From Betaproteobacteria bacterium (GTDB taxonomy: Bacteria; Pseudomonadota; Gammaproteobacteria; Burkholderiales; SG8-39): a stretch of DNA of 64,000 bases. Below the pieces are notes generated by a model. It was given only the letters and a program-made list of their open reading frames with translations, ran no database searches and was not told where the DNA came from. A program made the position numbers and the translations under genes. This document shows, in pieces, positions 28,476-38,502 of the stretch. The stretch is taken from the NCBI GenBank assembly GCA_016210745.1, contig JACQTO010000080.1:5117-69116 (forward strand), written 5' to 3'. Position 1 is the first letter of the stretch. Every line of letters starts with the position of its first letter.

Positions 28476-29407
28476 TTTCTGTCTCTCACCAGGGTGACGA
28501 AGATATCTTCAAGCGAGCTTTGTGTCGTGTGCAGATCCTTGAACCGAATGTCCGCCTCGGTCAGGTCCTGCAGCAGTGCGCCGATGCCGGTTCTATCGCC
28601 CGTCGTCGCATGGGAATCGTAGGTATAGATCAATTCGGTGCCATCGCTCGATAGCTCCAGCCGGTAGTGGAAGAGCCCGGGCGGTATGCGCTCCAGTGTG
28701 CCCTTCAGCTGCAGCGTCAATTTTTTCTTGCCCAGTTTGCGCATCAGTTCGGCCTTGTCTTCGACCAGAATGATCTCGCCTTTGTTGATCACACCGATCC
28801 TGTCTGCCATCTCTTCGGCCTCGTCGATGTAGTGGGTGGTCAGGATGATGGTGACGCCGCTCGCCCTCAAGCGGCGCACCAGCTCCCACATGTCGCGTCT
28901 GAGCACGACATCGACCCCCGCGGTGGGCTCGTCGAGGAACAGCACCCGGGGCTCGTGCGACAGCGCCTTGGCGATGAGCAATCGGCGCTTCATGCCGCCC
29001 GAAAGGGTCATGATCTTGCTGTCTTTCTTGTCCCACAGGGAGAGGTCTTTGAGTACCTTTTCGATGTGGCGAGGGTTTGGGCGCTTGCCGAACAGTCCAC
29101 GGCTGAAGGACACGGTCGCCCACACTGTTTCGAATGCATCGGTCGTCAATTCCTGCGGCACGAGACCGATGATGGAGCGCGCGGCGCGGTAATCGCTGAC
29201 GATGTCGTGACCGTCCACCAGAATGCTTCCTGCAGTGGGATTGACAATCCCGCAGATGGTGCTGATCAGCGTGGTCTTGCCTGCGCCGTTAGGCCCCAGC
29301 AAGGCGAAGATCTCTCCGTTGCGGATTTCAAGATTGATGTTCTTCAGTGCCCGGAAGCCCGAGGCGTAAGTCTTGTCGAGAGCCGTGACGGAGATGATGG
29401 GATGCAT
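28472..29407 (-). CDS. ABC transporter ATP-binding protein (YadG-like)
   Basis: [28 protein letters not shown]. Confidence 0.9.
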   Translation of the reverse strand: MHPIISVTALDKTYASGFRALKNINLEIRNGEIFALLGPNGAGKTTLISTICGIVNPTAGSILVDGHDIVSDYRAARSIIGLVPQELTTDAFETVWATVSFSRGLFGKRPNPRHIEKVLKDLSLWDKKDSKIMTLSGGMKRRLLIAKALSHEPRVLFLDEPTAGVDVVLRRDMWELVRRLRASGVTIILTTHYIDEAEEMADRIGVINKGEIILVEDKAELMRKLGKKKLTLQLKGTLERIPPGLFHYRLELSSDGTELIYTYDSHATTGDRTGIGALLQDLTEADIRFKDLHTTQSSLEDIFVTLVRDRK

Positions 29408-29517
29408 GGAAACGACGATAGCCGATTGGCCGGAATTCCGCTGCAGGTATCGAGCACAGCCCCCTGATGCGCTTACCCAGCTCGCCGGCGTCGGGCGATG
29501 GTAGCATTCGAGCGATC

Positions 29518-30528
29518 ATGCGTATCGAACAGATTCGGCAGCGCCTGCGCGGCCTTGGCGCCAAAGCCTGCCATGAGCAGCTCGCGCTGCGCGCCTGGAC
29601 CCAGGCGCTGCCGCTCGATAGCGGCCGAAGCAGGCCCGAGCATTTTCTCCCTTTGCACATGCGCACCGCGCTGCCCGCGATCGCGGCGGAACTGGGTGCG
29701 ATCGCACGCCTGCGCTCCGAGCATCCCGGCGAGGATGGTTCGGCGCGCCTGCTGGTCGAGCTGGCCGATGGCCAGATGGTGGAGAGCGTCCTGCTGCCCC
29801 GCGATGGCCTGTGCGTGTCGACCCAAGTCGGCTGCGCGGTGGGCTGCGTTTTTTGCATGACGGGCCGGGGCGGCCTGCAGCGGCACCTGGGCAGTGCGGA
29901 AATCGTCGCGCAGGTGGCGCTCGCTCGTTCGCTGCGCACGGTCAGAAAGGTCGTCTTCATGGGCATGGGCGAGCCCGCCCACAATATGGACAACGTGCTC
30001 GAGGCGATCGAACTGCTGGGTACGGCGGGCGCGATCGGGCACAAGAACCTTGTCTTCTCGAGCGTCGGCGACCGGCGCGTATTCGAACGGCTGCCGCTCG
30101 GGGCCGTAAAGCCGGCGCTGGCGCTGTCCCTGCATTCCACGCGTGCCGAGTTGCGCGCGAAGCTGATGCCGCGCGCGCCGCGCCTCGATCCGGCCGAACT
30201 GGTGGAACTCGGCGAGCGCTACGCGCGCGCGACGAGCTATCCGATCCAGTATCAGTGGACGCTGATCGAAGGCGTGAACGACAGCGATGAAGAACTGGAT
30301 CGCATCGCCCTGCTCCTGCGCGGCAAATACGCGGTCATGAACTTGATTCCCTACAACGCGGTCGCCGGACTCGGTTTCAAGCGCCCGACCTGGGAGCGTG
30401 CAGTAGACATGGCGCGCACGCTGCTCCAACGCGGCATACTGACCAAGTTGCGCAATTCGGCGGGGCAGGACATCGACGGGGGTTGCGGCCAGTTGCGCGC
30501 GCGCACGGCCGCACCGGTACCTGTCTAA
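29518..30528 (+). CDS. RlmN/Cfr-family radical-SAM RNA methyltransferase paralogue
   Basis: 'LCVSTQVGCAVGCVFCMTG' contains the CxxxCxxC motif and an upstream Cys. Also 'FMGMGEP' and a C-terminal 'DIDGGCGQL'. Confidence 0.75.
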   Translation: MRIEQIRQRLRGLGAKACHEQLALRAWTQALPLDSGRSRPEHFLPLHMRTALPAIAAELGAIARLRSEHPGEDGSARLLVELADGQMVESVLLPRDGLCVSTQVGCAVGCVFCMTGRGGLQRHLGSAEIVAQVALARSLRTVRKVVFMGMGEPAHNMDNVLEAIELLGTAGAIGHKNLVFSSVGDRRVFERLPLGAVKPALALSLHSTRAELRAKLMPRAPRLDPAELVELGERYARATSYPIQYQWTLIEGVNDSDEELDRIALLLRGKYAVMNLIPYNAVAGLGFKRPTWERAVDMARTLLQRGILTKLRNSAGQDIDGGCGQLRARTAAPVPV

Positions 30529-30579
30529 GAGGCCGTTTCCGAATTAGGGAAACGGCCCCTCGCTCCGTATACTCCCGCC

Positions 30580-31113
30580 ATGGCACTCAAAGCGACAATC
30601 TACAAAGCCGGTCTGCAAATCGCGGACATGGACCGCAACTACTACGCCGAGCACGCACTGACGGTGGCGCGCCACCCCTCGGAGACCGACGAACGCATGA
30701 TGGTGCGCCTGTTGGCGTTCGCGCTGAACGCCAACGAGCGTGTTGCGTTCGGCAAAGGACTGTCCGATACGGACGAACCCGACCTGTGGCAGAAGGACCT
30801 GCGCGGCGCGGTCGCGCACTGGATCGAGGTCGGCCAGCCCGACGACAGGCGCCTGCTTCGCGCCTGCGGCCGCGCGGACCGGGTGACGGTGTACGCCTAT
30901 GGCAAGAGCGCAGAGCTGTGGTGGAAGCCGATCGCTGAAAAGCTGGCGCGGGCGAAAAATCTTGCGGTGTGGCGCATCCCGGTCTCGGCGAGCCAATCGC
31001 TGGGCAGACTCGCCTCGCGCAGCATGCAACTGCAATGCACGGTTCAGGACGGGCAGTTGTGGTTCAGCGATGCGGCGGCGACGGTGCAGATCGAACTGGC
31101 TGCATTGAAATAA
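30580..31113 (+). CDS. yaeQ: YaeQ family protein
   Basis: 'MALKATIYKAGLQIADMDRNYY..H.LT.ARHPSETDERMM.R..AFA' is the characteristic YaeQ N-terminus. Confidence 0.85.
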   Translation: MALKATIYKAGLQIADMDRNYYAEHALTVARHPSETDERMMVRLLAFALNANERVAFGKGLSDTDEPDLWQKDLRGAVAHWIEVGQPDDRRLLRACGRADRVTVYAYGKSAELWWKPIAEKLARAKNLAVWRIPVSASQSLGRLASRSMQLQCTVQDGQLWFSDAAATVQIELAALK

Positions 31114-31149
31114 CGCAGCGCCCAATCGGGCGGGGAGGAGCTTTCGACA

Positions 31150-32748
31150 ATGGGGTATGAAGCTGATGTCGTCATCGTCGGCGCCGGCACCGCCGGCTGC
31201 GTGCTCGCCGCGCGGCTCTCGGAGAACGCTGACCTGCGGGTGCTGCTGCTTGAAGCCGGCGAACCGGATCGCAATCTGTGGATCCACGTGCCCGGCGGAA
31301 TATCCAGGCTTGTCGGCAACCCGCGCGTTGACTGGTGCATGCAGACCGAACCGGTTCCCGGATTCAACGGCCGGCGCATGCCGTACCCCCGCGGCAAGAC
31401 ACTCGGGGGCTCGGGTTCACTGAACGGCCTGCAATACATCCGCGGCAATCCGCGCGATTACGACCGCTGGCGCGATTCCGGCAACGTGGGCTGGGGATGG
31501 AGCGACGTTCTTCCGTACTTCCGCCGCGCCGAGGCGAACGTGCGCGGCGCCGATGAGCTGCACGGGGATTCCGGTCCGCTGGCGGTTTCCGATATCGCGC
31601 GCGGCAAGCTCACCGATGCCCTACTGGGCGCCGCAGCGGAAGCGGGCTATCGCCGGATCGACGATTTCAACGGCCCCGCGCAGGAAGGCGCCTCCTATTA
31701 CCAGATGATGATCCGCCGCGGCAGGCGCGCCTGCGGCGCCGGCGCCTATCTGCGGCCGGCGATGCGTCGATCGAATCTGCAAGTGTTGACCTCGGCGCGG
31801 GCGACGCGAGTGCTGTTCGACGGCCGGCGCGCAATCGGCGTCGAATTCCGGCGCGGTACCGAGCTGCTGAGGGCAAACGCCCGGCGCGAAGTGGTGATCG
31901 CCGGGGGCGCATTTCACTCGCCGCAGCTTCTGCAACTGTCCGGAATCGGTCCGGCCCAGCTCCTCGGCCGCCACGGCGTTGCCGCGGTGGCCGATCTTCC
32001 CGGCGTGGGCGCGAACCTCCAGGACCACCTCCAGGTGCGCTCCATGTGCCGCTGCACCCAACCCATTACCATCAACGATATTCTGTCGTCGCCTGTGCGG
32101 CTGGCGGCCGAGGTTGCGCGCTATGCGCTCTTTCGCACCGGCATACTCGCGTACGGGCCGTTTCGCGTCGGACTTTTCGCCTGTTCCTCGGCCTCGCCGG
32201 GCTGGCCGGATCTGCAGGTGCAATTCTCCCCGGTGGGATTCAGATACGTGACCGAACCTCCCATGCCGTACTCGAGCTTCACCATTTCGGTGTGCTTACT
32301 GCGGCCGACGAGCCGGGGCCGCGTCGAGATCGGCGCGAGCGATCCGTTTGCGCTGCCGAAGATCCAGCCCGATTTCCTTGCCACCGAGAACGACCGCCGC
32401 CTGATGGTCGAGGCATTCAAGCTCGGGCGCAAGCTGCTCGCGCAGCCTTCGCTTGCCGCCTACGTGGCGGAGGAAATGATGCCCGGGCCCGCCTGCCAGA
32501 CCGAAGCGCAGATCCTCGAGCACGTGCGCCAGACCGCGAGCACCGTGCATCACCCCGTGGGCACCTGCCGCATGGGAAGCGACGATCAATCGGTGGTGGA
32601 TGCACGTCTGCGGGTGCGTGGCGTCGACGCCTTGCGCGTGGCCGACGGTTCGATCATGCCGCACCTCGTATCGGGCAACACCAACGCGCCCATCGTGATG
32701 ATCGCGGAAAAGGCAAGCGACCTGATCGGCGAGGATCTGCGAGGCTGA
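31150..32748 (+). CDS. GMC-family FAD oxidoreductase, paralogue 2
   Basis: Collinear with 23796-25412 over its full length, at roughly three quarters aa identity by eye. Confidence 0.9.
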   Translation: MGYEADVVIVGAGTAGCVLAARLSENADLRVLLLEAGEPDRNLWIHVPGGISRLVGNPRVDWCMQTEPVPGFNGRRMPYPRGKTLGGSGSLNGLQYIRGNPRDYDRWRDSGNVGWGWSDVLPYFRRAEANVRGADELHGDSGPLAVSDIARGKLTDALLGAAAEAGYRRIDDFNGPAQEGASYYQMMIRRGRRACGAGAYLRPAMRRSNLQVLTSARATRVLFDGRRAIGVEFRRGTELLRANARREVVIAGGAFHSPQLLQLSGIGPAQLLGRHGVAAVADLPGVGANLQDHLQVRSMCRCTQPITINDILSSPVRLAAEVARYALFRTGILAYGPFRVGLFACSSASPGWPDLQVQFSPVGFRYVTEPPMPYSSFTISVCLLRPTSRGRVEIGASDPFALPKIQPDFLATENDRRLMVEAFKLGRKLLAQPSLAAYVAEEMMPGPACQTEAQILEHVRQTASTVHHPVGTCRMGSDDQSVVDARLRVRGVDALRVADGSIMPHLVSGNTNAPIVMIAEKASDLIGEDLRG

Positions 32749-32868
32749 GGCACGATGTTGGCCTGTGCTCAGCGCAATCCGCGATGGCTGCGCAGAGGGG
32801 CCACATCGGACGCCTAGACCCACGTTCGCGATCGGGTCAGAAGCAGAAGGGGACGTGCCGGTCCACCG

Positions 32869-33375
32869 TCAATCCTCCGCTGCCAACGCCGCCCGCACCG
32901 CCTCGATGCGCTTGCGGTTGACGCCAAGATCTCCGCGGCCCACGCGGGAGGCCGAGCGCACCTGGATCACGTTATTTCCCGGGTCGAACCAGAACTCCAC
33001 GTCGTCCACGAACCTCATCAGCTTGGTGGTGAACTGCGCGTACAGGTAATCGGGATCGCTCCGCATCACCTTGGCGCCGTCCATGTCCTCCACGATGGCC
33101 TTGATTCTTGCCAAAGTGGCCGGACCGTTACCTTTCATCGAAAGAGGCGCGATGTCAGCGTAGCGGCGCTGCGGGTGATCGGGGTAAAGCGCTGCTTGAC
33201 TGGCGACGCTGTTTTCGGTCATGGATGGCGGTTTCAGCTTGCCCTCGCGCACGCCCAGATCGGTGGGCGACGTGCCTTGGAACAAGCCCAGCTGCCCGGC
33301 CAGTACGGCGATAACTGCCAGCAGTACGATGACGATGACAATCCAGCTGAGGGTGGACACGAGCGAACTCCGCAT
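32869..33375 (-). CDS. DUF1499 family protein
   Basis: N-terminal transmembrane segment, and 'FVDDVEFWFD......VRSASRVGRGDLGVNRKRIE'. Confidence 0.7.
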   Translation of the reverse strand: MRSSLVSTLSWIVIVIVLLAVIAVLAGQLGLFQGTSPTDLGVREGKLKPPSMTENSVASQAALYPDHPQRRYADIAPLSMKGNGPATLARIKAIVEDMDGAKVMRSDPDYLYAQFTTKLMRFVDDVEFWFDPGNNVIQVRSASRVGRGDLGVNRKRIEAVRAALAAED

Positions 33376-33390
33376 CAGCGCGCAGGATTT

Positions 33391-34101
33391 CTACCAGGGA
33401 ATCGGCTGGCGATCGCGGAAGAAGCCGCCACTGGGGCCATCGTCAGGAAGGGTCGCGAGCCAAACCACAGTGTCGATGCCTTCCTCGGGAGTACGGGGGG
33501 CATCGGGGCCGCCGAGATCGGTGCGACACCAACCGGGACATACCGAGTTGACTTTGATCCTCGTTCCCGCCATCTCGGTCGCCAGGATGCGTGTCAGGGC
33601 ATTCACCGCGGTCTTGGAGATTCGGTACGCGGGGACGCCGGCATTCATGTCCGACAGTTGCCCCATCCCGGAGGATAGATTGACCACTCGTCCGGCACGG
33701 CTCGCTCGCATCAGCGGCACCAGCGCCTGAGTGACCCTCAGTACGCCAACCAGGTTGGTTTCCAGGGTTGCGCGCAGGGTGTCCAACGGAAGCTCGAGCA
33801 AGCTCGTGCTGTAGCGATCGATCGATATTGCGGCGTTGTTGATCAGTGCGTCGACGCGACCAAAATGCTCGCTGAGCCACTGGCGCAGGGCATCTACCGA
33901 ATTGTCGTCGGTTACGTCGAGTTGGCGGCATTCGATCCGATGGCCGGCGAGTTGAAGTTCGGACTGCAGCGGTTCCAGGTCGGCCCGATTGCGGGCCGTT
34001 GCGACGACCCGTTGGCCGTCGACGCTTGCCAGACGCTGTGCGGCTGCCCGACCCAAGCCACGACTGGCGCCGGTAATGACGGTGATGGTTTGGCTGACCA
34101 T
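33391..34101 (-). CDS. SDR-family oxidoreductase (carbonyl-reductase-like)
   Basis: 'TGASRGLG', 'NNAA' and 'YRISK' motifs. Confidence 0.85.
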   Translation of the reverse strand: MVSQTITVITGASRGLGRAAAQRLASVDGQRVVATARNRADLEPLQSELQLAGHRIECRQLDVTDDNSVDALRQWLSEHFGRVDALINNAAISIDRYSTSLLELPLDTLRATLETNLVGVLRVTQALVPLMRASRAGRVVNLSSGMGQLSDMNAGVPAYRISKTAVNALTRILATEMAGTRIKVNSVCPGWCRTDLGGPDAPRTPEEGIDTVVWLATLPDDGPSGGFFRDRQPIPW

Positions 34102-34124
34102 GCTCAGCCCTCCTTGATGCAGGT

Positions 34125-35513
34125 CTAAAGCCGCGTTTCCCGGCGTGCTAGCACTGGGGGCGACCGGGTGCCTGCGTCATCCGGTGATCGGGGAGCAACG
34201 AGGTCTTTGATGCTAAGTCCCCGCAGACATTCGTCGAAGGCTTGGTCGACCCGCCTTAGGATCGGCTCGATTTCCTTGGGCGCGGGGAGGGAATCCGGAC
34301 TCAAACACGGCTCTTCGCCCGCGGTACGCACGGCGTCCAGCAGTTCGGACAAGCCAATCGTCTCCAGATCGCGCGCGGGCAAATAGGTGGGCGGGTCGTC
34401 GCCGGTTTGAATCAGCAGGAGGCGATGCCGCATCGCTCTCAGCACAATCTCCAGCGCGTGCATCGGTACGCCCAAGCGCCGCGTCAATGCGGTGATGGTC
34501 CAGCGCGGGGCGCCATCGTGGTAAGCCTTCCCAATCAGGTACATAGCCATCAATCCCACGCGCTCACGCATCCGGTTACTCAATCGGGGTTCGCCCGAAC
34601 GCAGGATCAGATACTCCGGGTGCTGGCGATAAAAGGCGATGCTCGCCCCCAGAAGCAGGATTAACCAATTCACGTAAACCCAGATTAAGAACAGCAGGAC
34701 GATTGCGAAGCTCGAGTAGATCGCGGCGTACTGAGTGGATCTGGCGGCGAACTCGGCGAATATCCAGCCCGCTGCCTGCCACAGTGCGCCGGCCAGCGCG
34801 CCGCCGACCAGCGCGGCGCCCTTTTGCACTTTGGTGTTGGGACCGAAGATGTAGATGAACGTGAAAATGCCGATGACCATGAGAAACGGAATTGTCTTGG
34901 TCGCCGCGTAGACGACGCCGCCGATGGGCTCCACGGCAAGCAGTTGCTGCGCAGGTGTCGTCGTCATGATGCCCGAGGCGATGCCGACCGCGGCGAAAAC
35001 CAATACCGGACCGATCAAGAGCACGCTCAGGTAGCCGCTGAAACGCCGCGCCAAACTGCGCATCTGTGAAACGTGCCATATGAAATTGAAGGACTCCTCG
35101 ATCTTTTGAATGAGCGAGACCACGGTGTAGATGAGGAGCGCCAGTCCGATCGATCCCAGGACGCCGACGTTCAAATTTTCGATGAACCTGATGATCCAGC
35201 CGGTTACTTCCGTGCCCTTTTCTCCGAGCGGGGCCAGAAAGCCGAACAGGAGCGTGTCGATCTGGTTGTAGACGCCAAACGCTTTTAATACCGAGAAACT
35301 GAGCGCGAGCAGGGGGACGAGCGACAGCAGCGTGGTATAGACAAGCCCCATGGCGCGCAGCGTCAGTTGGCCATGAGCGAGGTCGCGCGCGAGAACGAAA
35401 AGGAGACGGATGGGGCCGATCAGGGCTGCCTTCCAGCGCGGCATCGCGCTGAGTTGCCCGTTCCAGATTGCCGCGTTGAGAGCCGCGCTCAAAAGGGCCG
35501 CCCGCTTATCCAT
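34125..35513 (-). CDS. YihY/BrkB family membrane protein with C-terminal extension
   Basis: Multiple transmembrane spans and the 'YSSFAIVLLFLIWVYVNWLILLLGA' motif. The start is taken at MDKRAAL; the ORF is open up to 35714. Confidence 0.75.
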   Translation of the reverse strand: MDKRAALLSAALNAAIWNGQLSAMPRWKAALIGPIRLLFVLARDLAHGQLTLRAMGLVYTTLLSLVPLLALSFSVLKAFGVYNQIDTLLFGFLAPLGEKGTEVTGWIIRFIENLNVGVLGSIGLALLIYTVVSLIQKIEESFNFIWHVSQMRSLARRFSGYLSVLLIGPVLVFAAVGIASGIMTTTPAQQLLAVEPIGGVVYAATKTIPFLMVIGIFTFIYIFGPNTKVQKGAALVGGALAGALWQAAGWIFAEFAARSTQYAAIYSSFAIVLLFLIWVYVNWLILLLGASIAFYRQHPEYLILRSGEPRLSNRMRERVGLMAMYLIGKAYHDGAPRWTITALTRRLGVPMHALEIVLRAMRHRLLLIQTGDDPPTYLPARDLETIGLSELLDAVRTAGEEPCLSPDSLPAPKEIEPILRRVDQAFDECLRGLSIKDLVAPRSPDDAGTRSPPVLARRETRL

Positions 35514-35751
35514 GTTGGTGCGCCGCCATGCCGGAGGCAGATTCCGCGGGGCGGCGTTCGACGTGGTGTCAAGTTTCAGTGTAGCGCAAATCAGTCCGGC
35601 GCCACATTTGCCCCCACGCAAAGCCGCAACTGCAATCCGGCATCGTCGCGCAGTTGTCAAGTGCAGGTTTCCTCTTTCGTGAAAGTGTGCGCAGGGCAAT
35701 TGCGAATCTTTCATACTTTGGAATTATCGTTTCAAACGTGTATCGCACCTC

Positions 35752-36255
35752 GTGAGTTCCTCCTGCGTTCGAGCCCTGTCATCTCTGGCGATCGCGCTGC
35801 TTGCAGCGAGCGCGAATGCCGAGGAACTGACCGGTACCGTGGTATCGGTCGAAGACGGCGACACCTTGACCGTTTTGGTCGAGACTCAGCGGATCGAAGT
35901 CCATCTTGCGGACATCGACGCCCCGGAACTGAAACAACCCTTCGGCCAGCAATCGCGGGAGTCTCTGGTCGAGCTATGCTTTGGCACCGATGCCGTCGTG
36001 CGCGAGATACGCCGCGACGGCTACGGCCGCACCCTAGGGCGGTTAGACTGTGCGGGAGCCGACGCGAACGTCGAGCAGTTGCGCCGGGGTATGGCCTGGG
36101 TCTATCAGCGCCAGCCAGATACTGCGTCGTCGCTTTTTTTCTTCCAGGACCAAGCGCAGCGAATTCGTGAAGGTCTTTGGGTCGATAAGACGCCGGTAGC
36201 GCCTTGGGAGTGGCGCCGCCTGCGGCGCCCAATCCCGAAACCCAAGAAGAAGTAG
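35752..36255 (+). CDS. Secreted thermonuclease (SNase) family protein
   Basis: Signal peptide, 'V.DGDT..V......I.V.LA.IDAPE..QP.G', and 'GR.L......G.D.N..Q...G.AWVY'. Confidence 0.8.
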   Translation: MSSSCVRALSSLAIALLAASANAEELTGTVVSVEDGDTLTVLVETQRIEVHLADIDAPELKQPFGQQSRESLVELCFGTDAVVREIRRDGYGRTLGRLDCAGADANVEQLRRGMAWVYQRQPDTASSLFFFQDQAQRIREGLWVDKTPVAPWEWRRLRRPIPKPKKK

Positions 36256-36356
36256 CCGGAAAACTCCGACAGTGTCCCGGAAACGGTGCTCTCTAATGCC
36301 TTGAATCACCGCAGTGAACAGGTGTGCCCAGCGTTCGCTGAGCACGCTCGCGGGAC

Positions 36357-36602
36357 TTACGCGCTCTCGTTCTTGTCGGAAGATTCTCGCTGGTTGCCGT
36401 AGGTATTCTTGAGCCGCCCTATCAGATCCACGAGAACGCTGCGAAACTGCCGCTCGTCGCAGCCCATCAGTACGGCATCGTCCAGCGCGTCCTGGCAAAG
36501 GCGCTGGATCTCTTCAAGGTTTTCGCGGAGAACCTTGAGTTTCTCGACGCAGGCGATGATCTCGCCAGTGGGAGAGCGCCACTTCGGTTGCGGGATGTTC
36601 AT
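36357..36602 (-). CDS. Hypothetical small protein (81 aa)
   Basis: ORF only. No motif recognised. Confidence 0.35.
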   Translation of the reverse strand: MNIPQPKWRSPTGEIIACVEKLKVLRENLEEIQRLCQDALDDAVLMGCDERQFRSVLVDLIGRLKNTYGNQRESSDKNESA

Positions 36603-36698
36603 ACCCCCAATTGTAATGCGGTGAACGACGCCGGCAAACAGGTACTTCGCCGCGTCAAGTACGTTGCAGCCGGGTGCGCCGGCGCTGCCCTACGCAAG

Positions 36699-36931
36699 CC
36701 TGTTCTGGACTGGGTGCTGGCGGTCGTGATCGGCTTGCCGATGGCCTCTGCCTTCCCGGCCATTCTGGTATACGCGCAGGAGCCGATACTCGGGGCACCT
36801 TCGGCCCGGGCGGCCTCGGGGCGGCAGCGATGGGCTGACTAGCCGACGCCACCAGTGTGGGATTAGTCTACTAGCGCTTTTCCTATCTGCCGGGGATCGG
36901 ATTGCTCGCCGGGCTGCTGTCCAACTTGGAC
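36699..36931 (+). pseudogene. Decayed 3' relic of an Fsr-type MFS transporter gene
   Basis: Frame 0 gives 'LAVVIGLPMASAFPAILVYAQEPILG'. After a frameshift the next frame gives 'GLGAAAMG*LADATSVGLVY*RFSYLPGIGLLAGLLSNLD', with TGA at 36836 and TAG at 36872. This matches the C-terminal pattern of Fsr-like MFS proteins. Confidence 0.55.
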
Positions 36932-37254
36932 CGAATGTGCCCCCACGCCAGGGCTAATGGTATCGGCGTGGCAAGGGGTTCGCTGTCGAGGCGCTGCGAT
37001 TGCCCCATTGCGGATCAGCGGGCTGACCACCGCCCATGCAGTTCAAGACCCCACTGGACACTCAACCGGTGGCTTCTCCAGTCGTGAGCGAAGATTGATC
37101 CTGGTCAAATCGCGCAAATCTGCGGCCGGTAGCCTCCGCGTCTGGGAGTACGGAGGCAGGTCGACCATAGATTCCAGGGAGGATCGGCTTGTGCCGGCCG
37201 GTAGCATACCGGACCCGGCTCTACATACATTTCAAAGCAAGGCGGGAAACAGTA

Positions 37255-37686
37255 ATGTTCAGTCAACGAATCAAGAGCGTCATGGAGCGAAGAAAGACTT
37301 TGATGGCTTCGCCGGACACCAGCGTCAGCAAAGCCGCCAAACTGATGGCGAAAAAGAATGTCGGTGCGGTCATGGTTGTCGAAGACAATCGCCTGGTCGG
37401 AATCTTCACCGAGCGCGATGCCGTATTTCGCGTCATGGCGCAAGGGCGCGATGCGCAGGCGACCAAGCTGGCCGACGTGATGACGGCTTCACCGCGGACT
37501 GTCGGCCCCAACGAGTCGTTCGGGCATGCACTGCTCATGATGCACGAGAATGGATTCCGCCATGTACCCGTGATCGAGGACGGTCAACCTATCGGAATCG
37601 TTTCATCTCGCAATGCTTTGGATCCGGAGCTGGAGGAGTTCGTGGCCGAAGCGCAGCGGCGAAAACATCTCATCGCGCAAAACTGA
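37255..37686 (+). CDS. CBS-pair domain protein
   Basis: Two CBS motifs ('VGAVMVVEDNRLVGIFTERD', 'FRHVPVIEDGQPIGIVSSRN'). Confidence 0.85.
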   Translation: MFSQRIKSVMERRKTLMASPDTSVSKAAKLMAKKNVGAVMVVEDNRLVGIFTERDAVFRVMAQGRDAQATKLADVMTASPRTVGPNESFGHALLMMHENGFRHVPVIEDGQPIGIVSSRNALDPELEEFVAEAQRRKHLIAQN

Positions 37687-37824
37687 AATAGCTAGCGGCC
37701 CGGTAGGCCGCTGTTTCCGGGAACCAAGGCGCATCCGCTCTCTCCCCGGCGTGCGCTGCTGAATCTCCCCCCCGCTTTCTGCGCGGCAGAAGCAATTCCC
37801 GTGGTGCGGTGCAGCGCGCCCGGG

Positions 37825-38283
37825 TCAGCTGGCGCGGGCGAAGCCTACGAATTCGGATTCAGTGTACGGCGTAACCCCTGCCAGACCACGTTGCACGGCG
37901 CGCAAGATGTCGAACCGGGTGATGGCGCCCACGATGCGGCCATGCTCCACCACCGGGAAGCGGCGAAATTTTGCGGACACGAAAAGCCCGGCGGCGTAAT
38001 AGATGTCCATGGTGGGCGGTATGGTCTGCACCTGCGAGGTCATGTAGTCCTTCACTTTCCCCCTGGGGGCTTCATGATCGGGGCCGCCCAGCGTGAGGAG
38101 CTTCAGGCAATCGGTCTCCGTGAGGATGCCCACCAGTTCCTTCTTGCTGTTGGCCACGAGCACGCCTGTTATCCGCTTCTCCAGCAGGAAGTTCACCGCT
38201 TCCATGATGTCGGTGTCCGGCGATAGAGTGTCCACGTATTTGTCCATGAATTCCCGGACCATGGGTAAGTGGCGACTGGTCAT
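37825..38283 (-). CDS. CBS-pair domain protein
   Basis: 'ITGVLVANSKKELVGILTETD' and 'RRFPVVEHGRIVGAITRFD'. Confidence 0.85.
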   Translation of the reverse strand: MTSRHLPMVREFMDKYVDTLSPDTDIMEAVNFLLEKRITGVLVANSKKELVGILTETDCLKLLTLGGPDHEAPRGKVKDYMTSQVQTIPPTMDIYYAAGLFVSAKFRRFPVVEHGRIVGAITRFDILRAVQRGLAGVTPYTESEFVGFARAS

Positions 38284-38502
38284 AGATACCCCCTTTTTCG
38301 GTAGTCCCGCAAATGCGGATAAATATTCGACTGTCTCGTATCGACAATAAATCCCGACAGCCGCTGCCGATGAAATCAGTATAGACCGCCATACAGGATT
38401 CGGACCCTTGATATAAGATAGGAGCGCTTCCTTGCGGAAGGGGAGTCAATACGCGGTGCGTCCTTGCGCTCCGGCCTTTTGGGGCTTTTTGTGGGAGGAG
38501 TT

